Below, in pieces: positions 34,336 through 43,771 of a stretch of DNA of 64,000 nt. The position numbers and the translations under genes are program-made. This stretch comes from Rebecca billardiae RCC1528 (taxonomy: Eukaryota > Protista > Haptophyta): contig OZ251243.1 in NCBI GenBank assembly GCA_965240325.2, forward strand, positions 930,001 through 994,000. The letters are read 5' to 3'. A model generated the notes under the pieces. It did not search any database. It worked only from the letters and a program-made list of their open reading frames with translations, and was not told the DNA's origin. Numbering within the stretch: position 1 is the stretch's first letter; the number at the start of each line of letters is the position of its first letter.

Positions 34336-35985
34336 ATGAGCGAGTTCATCCGCGTCGCGACGGAGTCGGACCTGAAGGCGGCCGGCAACCGGCTCCTTGT
34401 CCAGGCGGAAGGGCGCTACCTCGTAGGCGCCCGGCGCGCATGTTGAGCGTGCGCGCACCTCAGCGCACGGGCGCGCTGCGCTGACACGCGCTCCCTGTGC
34501 ACCACCCGTCGTGCGCGGGCGCAGGCGCTCGTCCGGCACGGCGAGGATGTCTTCGCGATTGACGCGACGTGCTACCACATGGGCGGCCCGCTGCTCCACG
34601 CAGACATCGAGGATCTCGCCGAGTTTGGCCCGACAATCATCTGCCCCTGGCACCGGTATCAGATCTCGCTGCGGACGGGCGACGGACTGTACCAGAACAT
34701 GCAGCGGCAGACGTGCTCGAAAGGGTTGCGCCAGCGCGTGCACGAGGTCCAGCTGCGCGGCGGGTACATTGCCGTCCGCCTCTCCGCCGGCGCAGGCGCA
34801 GAGAAGGCCGAAAGCGACACCTACGCGTTCAAGCCTCCGCCACCGTCTGGCGGCGGGGCGCAGCAGCCGCCGCCAGGGCGCTCGGGGGACGTGCTGCGCG
34901 CGGGTGCGGCGGGAAAGCGCAGCTGCGGCGGCGCGCTGCCAGCGGGCGGGCCGGGCGGCGCGCCTTTGCCGCCCTCCGTCGCCACCGACGTCGCGCGCTC
35001 CATGGCGGGCGCGGACGGGCGCGCGCCGTGGGCGAGGGCTGGCGGCCCGCCGCTGCCGCCGCGTCTGCCGCCCAGCGCCGCCCGCCCCGGCGACGCGGGT
35101 AGCGCGCCGTCGGCGTCGTCGGCCGGTGCGGCGAGCGTTGGCCCGAGCGTAGGCGGCATGGTGGGCGGCGTCTTCCAGCAGCTCGGCCAGCAGCTCTTCG
35201 GCCAGTGCCAGCCGCAGCAGACAGGAGACGCGCGCTCAGACTGGGTGCGCGTCACAGTGGCGCGCTCGCGGCCCGTCGGCCGCCGCACCGTGCAGCTGAC
35301 GATCAGGGGCGCGCTCCCAGGCACCGACGCGAGCGTGTGGCGACGTGGCTCGCACGTGATGGTGATGCTCCCGCCGCACGCCGCCGTGCCAGACTCAGGC
35401 GCCGTCGAGCGCCCGTACACGCCCTACGTCCTTCCGGGCAGCAGCGGCGCGTTCGAGCTCGTCGTCAAGGCGTATGACGGCGGCGCCGTCTCGCCGCACC
35501 TGGCGGGGCTCGGGCCGGGGGCGCCGGTGCTGGTCAGGGGCCCGCTGGGCGGCGTGGCGCCGAGCGCGTGGGACGGCGCCGCCGCCTTCGGGCTGCTCGC
35601 CGGCGGGACGGGCATCACGCCGATGCTACAGCTGATCTACGGCCTGATCCACGAAGCCGGGCCGGCCGGACAGATTCCTCCGGTGCGCCTTCTGTGCTTC
35701 CACCGGGCCGAGGCGGACGTGCTCCTCAGGGCTGAGCTCGACGAGCTCGCGGCGCGGCACGCGGCACTCGAGGTGTACTACTCGCTCTCCGACCCGCCAG
35801 CCGGCTGGAAGCACGGCGTTGGCCACCCGAGCGCCGAGGGGCTGCGGACACGCCTGCCGGCGCCGACCGACGCGGGCGGGCGTGTGCGCATCTTCATCTG
35901 CGGGCCGCCGGCCTTCAACGACGCGGTGCTCGGGCTCTGCGGCGACCTGGGGTACGCCGAGCGGCAGGTACACGTCTACCAGTAG
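34336..35985 (+). CDS. Fusion of RFESD-like Rieske [2Fe-2S] domain and cytochrome-b5-reductase-like FAD/NAD(P)H domain. Exons 34336-34422, 34525-35985
   Basis: Spliced AIDATCYHMGGPL...IICPWH; RPYTP, VVKAY, GGTGITPM, CGPPAFN; intron 34423-34524. Confidence 0.85.
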
Positions 35986-36289
35986 CGAGCGTGTGCGCAC
36001 CAGCACGGCGTGCTGCGTGACTAACTGATCGTCAGCGCACGCCAATGCTGATGCTGACGATCGGATGCTGCCATTGCTGGGTCGCGTGAGTAGTAACAGT
36101 CGATCATATATCGTCGTCTCATTAGAATCTGTTGTCAAAGGAATCGCCAATCTACAGTGATTTCCAATTTCCAATCCAACATTTTACTCGCAGTCACACA
36201 GTGGCGGCGCGACCGCTGCGGCGGCGCTCGCACAAAATCCTCCAAAATCAACCTGAACCTCATCCTAAAATACAGCAGGACAGCATGGC

Positions 36290-39200
36290 TGGCGGCGGCA
36301 TCTGGAAGCATTCTAGATGCTTCCGAAACTCGTGAACGAAACATGAGCCGATCACACAAAACACGCTGAGCTCACCACCGCAAACAAGAGCCGAAGCCGT
36401 CGACCGACCTCGCGACCGTCAAGCCTCGAGACGCGTTCCCTGACATGCTAGCACGGTGCTGGGAGAACTTGGGCAAGGATGGAGACGACGAGAACAGCGG
36501 CAAGGACGTGAACGGCCATCAGCCCGCCCCAGTTGCTCCCCTCATTGGGTTGAAGCCAGGCGTGGCCGAGCGCGCGGCAATGCCGCGCGGCTCATCGGCG
36601 GTTGCGCGCAAGCGCACGCCAGACTACCTCGCGGCTGCCCTGAGGGGCATGCAGGCTGAGAAGAACCGGCAAGGCGAGAAGCTCACGCTTCTCCGCAAGC
36701 CCATCTCCAGCGCCTCCGGGCCTGGCAACATCGCTGACCTGAACTCAGGCAGCATCGTGTCGTATGCGCGCAATGCTGCATCGCACGCAAGGCCTCGAGC
36801 CGACATCAAGGATCACCTTGAGGAGGAGGTTCGCGCACAGCGCGGTGAGGAGGAGCGTTGCCGCTCGCATCCCCCGCCATCGCGCCACTCCATCCGCACG
36901 CACGTCGTTGCGCAGGGGATCTCAACAACTACCGCCCGGGACTCTGCGCCCGCGAGCGCGGTTCAAGAGCGCGCGGCTGAGAGCCCGCAGCTCAAGGAGT
37001 GCCTTGCGGCCTCCGAGTCATCGAACGAGGTCACCGAGCGTTCCGGGGCAGATGTAGCGCTCGACGCTGCTGCCGCTGATGCCGCTCCGACCGTCGAGGC
37101 CCTCGAGCCTGCCGACGCTGCTCCGCGTGCTGGCCACCTGGCCGCCGCCTGTGACAGCGCAGGTCGTGCCACCGCCGCAGTCAGTCTGCAGCCTCGCGCG
37201 CATGACACTGTGTCTGAGTCTGACCGATCGAACGAGGACATTAGCACCGATGAGTGCGACGCAAACGACCTGTATGGTCTGGCAGAGCAAACTATGCTCC
37301 AAGATGCTACGACACGTGACTCTGTCACAGCGAGCTCAAGCATCAAGTCAGCGGCCGCATTTATTATTGATGCGCCTGACCCAAACAAATACGTTTACTG
37401 GCGGCGGCATCTGGAAGCATTCTAGATGCTTCCGAAACTCGTGAACGAAACATGAGCCGATCACACAAAACACGCTGAGCTCACCACCGCAAACAAGAGC
37501 CGAAGCCGTCGACCGACCTCGCGACCGTCAAGCCTCGAGACGCGTTCCCTGACATGCTAGCACGGTGCTGGGAGGACTTGGGCAAGGATGGAGACGACGA
37601 GAACAGCGGCAAGGACGTGAACGGCCATCAGCCCGCCCCAGTTGCTCCCCTCATTGGGTTGAAGCCAGGCGTGGCCGAGCGCGCGGCAATGCCGCGCGGC
37701 TCATCGGCGGTTGCGCGCAAGCGCACGCCAGACTACCTCGCGGCTGCCCTGAGGGGCATGCAGGCTGAGAAGAACCGGCAAGGCGAGAAGCTCACGCTTC
37801 TCCGCAAGCCCATCTCCAGCGCCTCCGGGCCTGGCAACATCGCTGACCTGAACTCAGGCAGCATCGTGTCGTATGCGCGCAATGCTGCATCGCACGCAAG
37901 GCCTCGAGCCGACATCAAGGATCACCTTGAGGAGGAGGTTCGCGCACAGCGCGGTGAGGAGGAGCGTTGCCGCTCGCATCCCCCGCCATCGCGCCACTCC
38001 ATCCGCACGCACGTCGTTGCGCAGGGGATCTCAACAACTACCGCCCGGGACTCTGCGCCCGCGAGCGCGGTTCAAGAGCGCGCGGCTGAGAGCCCGCAGC
38101 TCAAGGAGTGCCTTGCGGCCTCCGAGTCATCGAACGAGGTCACCGAGCGTTCCGGGGCAGATGTAGCGCTCGACGCTGCTGCCGCTGATGCCGCTCCGAC
38201 CGTCGAGGCCCTCGAGCCTGCCGACGCTGCTCCGCGTGCTGGCCATCTGGCCGCCGCCTGTGACAGCGCAGGTCGTGCCACCGCCGCAGTCAGTCTGCAG
38301 CCTCGCGCGCATGACACTGTGTCTGAGTCTGACCGATCGAACGAGGACATTAGCACCGATGAGTGCGACGCAAACGACCTGTATGGTCTGGCAGAGCAAA
38401 CTATGCTCCAAGATGCTACGACACGTGACTCTGTCACAGCGAGCTCAAGCATCAAGTCAGCGGCCGCATTTATTATTGATGCGCCTGACCCAAACAAATA
38501 CGTTTACTGGCGGCGGCATCTGGAAGCATTCTAGATGCTTCCGAAACTCGTGAACGAAACATGAGCCGATCACACAAAACACGCTGAGCTCACCACCGCA
38601 AACAAGAGCCGAAGCCGTCGACCGACCTCGCGACCGTCAAGCCTCGAGACGCGTTCCCTGACATGCTAGCACGGTGCTGGGAGGACTTGGGCAAGGATGG
38701 AGACGACGAGAACAGCGGCAAGGACGTGAACGGCCATCAGCCCGCCCCAGTTGCTCCCCTCATTGGGTTGAAGCCAGGCGTGGCCGAGCGCGCGGCAATG
38801 CCGCGCGGCTCATCGGCGGTTGCGCGCAAGCGCACGCCAGACTACCTCGCGGCTGCCCTGAGGGGCATGCAGGCTGAGAAGAACCGGCAAGGCGAGAAGC
38901 TCACGCTTCTCCGCAAGCCCATCTCCAGCGCCTCCGGGCCTGGCAACATCGCTGACCTGAACTCAGGCAGCATCGTGTCGTATGCGCGCAATGCTGCATC
39001 GCACGCAAGGCCTCGAGCCGACATCAAGGATCACCTTGAGGAGGAGGTTCGCGCACAGCGCGGTGAGGAGGAGCGTTGCCGCTCGCATCCCCCGCCATCG
39101 CGCCACTCCATCCGCACGCACGTCGTTGCGCAGGGGATCTCAACAACTACCGCCCGGGACTCTGCGCCCGCGAGCGCGGTTCAAGAGCGCGCGGCTGAGA

Positions 39201-39616
39201 GCCCGCAGCTCAAGGAGTGCCTTGCGGCCTCCGAGTCATCGAACGAGGTCACCGAGCGTTCCGGGGCAGATGTAGCGCTCGACGCTGCTGCCGCTGATGC
39301 CGCTCCGACCGTCGAGGCCCTCGAGCCTGCCGACGCTGCTCCGCGTGCTGGCCATCTGGCCGCCGCCTGTGACAGCGCAGGTCGTGCCACCGCCGCAGTC
39401 AGTCTGCAGCCTCGCGCGCATGACACTGTGTCTGAGTCTGACCGATCGAACGAGGACATTAGCACCGATGAGTGCGACGCAAACGACCTGTATGGTCTGG
39501 CAGAGCAAACTATGCTCCAAGATGCTACGACACGTGACTCTGTCACAGCGAGCTCAAGCATCAAGTCAGCGGCCGCATTTATTATTGATGCGCCTGACCC
39601 AAACAAATACGTTTAC
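36290..39616 (+). repeat. Three tandem 1109-bp units (3' half of LTR + 5' gag)
   Basis: Units 36290-37398, 37399-38507 and 38508-39616; ORFs recur with a period of 1109. Confidence 0.95.
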
Positions 39617-41236
39617 CCCAAAATTACCAGCCTCACGATGGCTTCCGAAGCCGAGCTGCTCGCCACGAGCGACACAAGCAGCCGCGAGATGACCGCCGCA
39701 GAGACGGCAGAGTCCTCGTCTGGCACGTATCGACTCGCGTCGAACGTAGGAAGCGCATGCGATGCAGGGGGGGCATCATACACCTGCTTGACGGCAAAGC
39801 CGCAGCAAAACCAAGTTGGCGAGCGCGACGCGCGTGCGCATGCATCAGCTGCGTCAGCCATCACAACGCCACACTCTTGCAAGGAAGAGTATTCCGCCGA
39901 AGCTGCCGCGGATGCACATGCATCACCGCTGGACAGAACGAGCGTGAAGAAGCCCAAAGAAGGCACCACAGCCTCGACGAGGGTCACTCCTCGCTCGAAG
40001 GTAGAGCGCGAATCGCCACAGAGCGCGCGCGACACATCGACCAATGCACTTGAGTCGAAGAAACGTGACTGGATAGTCATCGAAGGAGGAGTCACAGACT
40101 CTAATCCAACCAAGAAGGAACGTGTGTTCATGGCACGCGAATCCTCGGCAGGAGTGGATACACCCGCCACACACAAGCTGACACAGTCGGCTCTGAAATC
40201 CAAGCGCGCGGTACACAGCGCGATACGGGATGCACTCGCAGAAGTGAGCACCTACTACAAGGGCAAATCCTCAGATGTCACACCGGACATAATGGAGCCC
40301 AAGGATAGCAAGCTATCCGGCTTTCAACTCATTGCCAAAGACAAATGGGTGAAAGACGCAGCCAAAATCGATCCATACAAGGCTGACAACGCTGACGCCA
40401 ACAAGATCGGATCGGTCTACGATCGATCTGCGGCAGCGATATTCAAGCAGCTGAAGGACTCTATCGAGCCTCAGTTATTCGCCTATCTGGAATCGAAGCT
40501 GCACATCAGCGATCCGACCAAGAACTACTTGGATCTGGCGCTGCTGCTACAGATATTTGAGCGCGAGCTCAAGATCACAACTATGTCCGAACTCAGGGAT
40601 GAATTCCTGAAGTTATACCCGACAAAGGTGTCGCCCATTGGCGCATCGGACATTATCAAGAAATCCGTCGAGCAAGTCCGCTCATCTCGATATGGGAATC
40701 TGGACGATGCTACGATGTTGGTCTTCAAGCTGTATAACAGCATGCACGACCATCCCCAAGTCTACGAGTCAGTTATCTCGCACTTCGGAGCGCTCACGCC
40801 CGAGCAATGTGTGGATAACACTGACCAGATATTGGCCCAGATGGAAGATGCCTACAAACGGCACGGCTCAATGAAGCTACTCCATCAGAACAATACCAAG
40901 GGGAGAGAGACCGAAAACTATTCCAAGATACGCCAAAATGCTGATTATCAGCAAGGCACGCGGCGACGCGGTGACTTTGAGGGCGCCGAAGTCTTCGCCG
41001 CTCAGGCCCAAAAGGCTCCAGCCAATGGCGAGAGCGGGCCGAATAACTCGGACACCGGCAAACGGTGCACTCACTGTGGTCTCAAGAACCATACTGCCCA
41101 GCAGTGTTGGAGGCTCCACCCAGAGCTACGCCCCAAGGCCAACAATTACAACAAAGGCAAAAACAAGGGAGCCAACAAGTTTCCCAAGGAGCGTATCCAT
41201 TTCCTGGATATTCCTGCTCCGGATGCCTATGATTAA
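38663..41236 (+). CDS. gag: Gag-like protein with CCHC zinc knuckle
   Basis: CTHCGLKNHTAQQC (CX2CX4HX4C) near the C-terminus; lower GC; inside LTRs. Confidence 0.85.
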   Translation: MLARCWEDLGKDGDDENSGKDVNGHQPAPVAPLIGLKPGVAERAAMPRGSSAVARKRTPDYLAAALRGMQAEKNRQGEKLTLLRKPISSASGPGNIADLNSGSIVSYARNAASHARPRADIKDHLEEEVRAQRGEEERCRSHPPPSRHSIRTHVVAQGISTTTARDSAPASAVQERAAESPQLKECLAASESSNEVTERSGADVALDAAAADAAPTVEALEPADAAPRAGHLAAACDSAGRATAAVSLQPRAHDTVSESDRSNEDISTDECDANDLYGLAEQTMLQDATTRDSVTASSSIKSAAAFIIDAPDPNKYVYPKITSLTMASEAELLATSDTSSREMTAAETAESSSGTYRLASNVGSACDAGGASYTCLTAKPQQNQVGERDARAHASAASAITTPHSCKEEYSAEAAADAHASPLDRTSVKKPKEGTTASTRVTPRSKVERESPQSARDTSTNALESKKRDWIVIEGGVTDSNPTKKERVFMARESSAGVDTPATHKLTQSALKSKRAVHSAIRDALAEVSTYYKGKSSDVTPDIMEPKDSKLSGFQLIAKDKWVKDAAKIDPYKADNADANKIGSVYDRSAAAIFKQLKDSIEPQLFAYLESKLHISDPTKNYLDLALLLQIFERELKITTMSELRDEFLKLYPTKVSPIGASDIIKKSVEQVRSSRYGNLDDATMLVFKLYNSMHDHPQVYESVISHFGALTPEQCVDNTDQILAQMEDAYKRHGSMKLLHQNNTKGRETENYSKIRQNADYQQGTRRRGDFEGAEVFAAQAQKAPANGESGPNNSDTGKRCTHCGLKNHTAQQCWRLHPELRPKANNYNKGKNKGANKFPKERIHFLDIPAPDAYD

Positions 41237-42075
41237 CTATCAAGGCAGGGCATAGCCCAATAACAAGGTCCAAGATCAAGGCCAAAGAGTGAACACATGG
41301 TGCAAATAAGCCCAGGACTGACTCGGGTTACCCATAACCGTCACACGGAAGTCCCAGCACATGACCCGTATCCTGGCATTGGCAACCATTACTGACTCCA
41401 ATTCACTCATGCACACAGATGCACAAACAATACCAAGCCCAAAATCACTCATAATCCAAGCTTAGTCCTCACAGACGAGCGCATATTGGATTGAGAGGGG
41501 GTGTCAAAGGAATCGCCAATCTACAGTGATTTCCAATTTCCAATCCAACATTTTACTCGCAGTCACACAGTGGCGGCGCGACCGCTGCGGCGGCGCTCGC
41601 ACAAAATCCTCCAAAATCAACCTGAACCTCATCCTAAAATACAGCAGGACAGCATGGCTGGCGGCGGCATCTGGAAGCATTCTAGATGCTTCCGAAACTC
41701 GTGAACGAAACATGAGCCGATCACACAAAACACGCTGAGCTCACCACCGCAAACAAGAGCCGAAGCCGTCGACCGACCTCGCGACCGTCAAGCCTCGAGA
41801 CGCGTTCCCTGACATCTGTCAATTACTGCTGAATTAGACTCTATATCATCATAGCTATCATATCCGCGCCGCATCACGCGCGGATCCTGATCGCACGACC
41901 GTGACGACGCATTTGGCCATCATCGTCAAGTTCTATTATTTAAAATATATTTCCCATCTGATCAATATATATATATATATGGATATATATATATATATAT
42001 ATTGATCGGGTAGTGTCGAAGTCGAGCGCAGCTGAGCGTCGCCAGCGGACGCCTCTAGACATACTGCTAAGTATA

Positions 42076-43710
42076 CTATCTGCTGCGTCGTAATCGCGCG
42101 CGGCGGTGCGCCACCATGCCTCCGCCGTATGTCGGCCCGAGCTTAGTGGCGTCAGCTATGTAGCGCAAGCCCTCCGCCGGCGTCCAGAAGTGCTTCGGCG
42201 AGTTGGTCGTGCGCGGTCGCGTGGGCACGTGCGGGAGGCCCAGCGTGCGGTTCTTGCGCAGCGAGAGCTCGACCAGCAGCAGCTCGAACGCGCGGCCGCG
42301 CTCGCCATAGTCAAACGCGCGCCGCCAGCGCAGCAGCTCGGCGCCCATCCGCTCCACCTGCTCAGGCGTGACGGCGCGCACGACCTCGGCGAGCCGCGCG
42401 CCCTCGCGCTCGGGCAGCTTGAGCGTGAAGCGGTGGAAGTTGACCAGGTGCTCGAACGCGAACGAGATCGGGTCGGACAGCACCACGGGGATGCAGCCGG
42501 CGAGGACCGCGTCGAAGAAGCGCTTGGTCCACGGCGTGTTGCCGCGCGGGATGATGCAAAAGATGGAGCGGCGCAGCTCGGAGGCGTACGTGCTCGCCTT
42601 CTCGGCGAAGACGAAGTCGGCCTCGTGCTGCAGCCGCGCGCGCAGGTCACGCCGCAGCACGTTCGGCTTGAAGCGGCGGTGCCCCTCGGCATCCTTGAGG
42701 GCCGCGTCCATGCCGCCTCGGAAGAAGCCGAGAATCGATTTCGAGCCCGGCTGTGCGCTGGCCACGTCCGGCACGTTGGTCACCCAGCCGGGGACGACGA
42801 TGTCGTGGCCGTAGCGGAAGTAGTCGGCCTCGCGGTCGCCCTCGGCCACGATGAAGATCGCCTCCTTCAGCCGCGGCACCGCCGCCCACCCCGGCGGGTC
42901 CGGCAGCATCGATGCGCCGATGCCGCTCATGAAGAAGAACACGTGCCGGTCTGGCCTCTGCCGCCACGCCTCGTGCGTCTCGAGCTCGGCGGTGAGGCGG
43001 CGGAAGGCGCGGCCGAGCGCGGAGAGCTTGCCGTGCGCCGCGTAGTTCAGGTAGCACTTCGCGAGGAACGGCACGATCAGGAAGTCTGCCGCCGCCGGGT
43101 CGTCGGTCGCGTACTCGGAGGCTCGAATCTTCTCAATCAGGTGGTAGTCGCCCGCCCACTGAAACCGCGTGCACTTCGGGTACTGGCGCACGAGCTCGGA
43201 GGCGTCGGCGAAGTGCAGCGTGTACGTGTACAGCTTGAGGCCCCGGTCCACCGTCGCGATCACCTCGTCCAGGGACGGCTCGTCGTCGTGACCGGCGGGC
43301 TCTGGCAGCAGCTCGCCCGCAACGCTCAGCACCGGAGTGCCGCGATCTGCTGCGAGTGCGCGCTCCGGAAGGGGCGCTCGCCCGATGCGGGAGACGTCGC
43401 GGCTTCCACGCTGTCGTGTGGAGTCCAAGGCAGCCTGCTCGGCCGCACGATCCCTCGGCGCTGCGCCGGGTACGACGCCGCGGGCCTCGCGCGCGTCAGT
43501 TCCGACTCCCAAAGCCACGGTTCGATTGCCGCCCCCGCGTCGCCTGCCCATGGCAGCATCCTCGTGCAGCACGACTTCGTAGTGCTGCACTCGACCAGGC
43601 GCGTCATGGCTGAACGGTCGCACGGGCCCGCCGGTCCCAAGCGCAGCCAGAAAGCCGGCCGCCAGGCCGAGGCCGGCGGCCATGCACAGGCGCGCCCTGC
43701 TCGGCGCCAT
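42076..43710 (-). CDS. Exostosin-family glycosyltransferase (GT47)
   Basis: N-terminal TM anchor, TDDPAAADFLIVPF, DIVVP, FFRG, SIFCIIPRG, FFDAVLAGCIPVVLSD. Confidence 0.9.
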   Translation of the reverse strand: MAPSRARLCMAAGLGLAAGFLAALGTGGPVRPFSHDAPGRVQHYEVVLHEDAAMGRRRGGGNRTVALGVGTDAREARGVVPGAAPRDRAAEQAALDSTRQRGSRDVSRIGRAPLPERALAADRGTPVLSVAGELLPEPAGHDDEPSLDEVIATVDRGLKLYTYTLHFADASELVRQYPKCTRFQWAGDYHLIEKIRASEYATDDPAAADFLIVPFLAKCYLNYAAHGKLSALGRAFRRLTAELETHEAWRQRPDRHVFFFMSGIGASMLPDPPGWAAVPRLKEAIFIVAEGDREADYFRYGHDIVVPGWVTNVPDVASAQPGSKSILGFFRGGMDAALKDAEGHRRFKPNVLRRDLRARLQHEADFVFAEKASTYASELRRSIFCIIPRGNTPWTKRFFDAVLAGCIPVVLSDPISFAFEHLVNFHRFTLKLPEREGARLAEVVRAVTPEQVERMGAELLRWRRAFDYGERGRAFELLLVELSLRKNRTLGLPHVPTRPRTTNSPKHFWTPAEGLRYIADATKLGPTYGGGMVAHRRARLRRSR

Positions 43711-43771
43711 CGCCCGCCGTGATCGCGCCGGGCCGGCGGGCCGTGGGACCGGAATCAACAAGACAGGAGCG

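Larger units (their letters stand above)
36133..41814 (+). mobile_element. Gag-only (TR-GAG-like) LTR retrotransposon E1 with internal triplication
   Basis: 313-bp LTRs at 36133-36445 and 41502-41814, no differences seen by eye (TGTCA...TGACA). 5-bp TSD TCTGT (36128-36132, 41815-41819), PPT GAGAGGGGG at 41493-41501, no pol. Confidence 0.93.
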
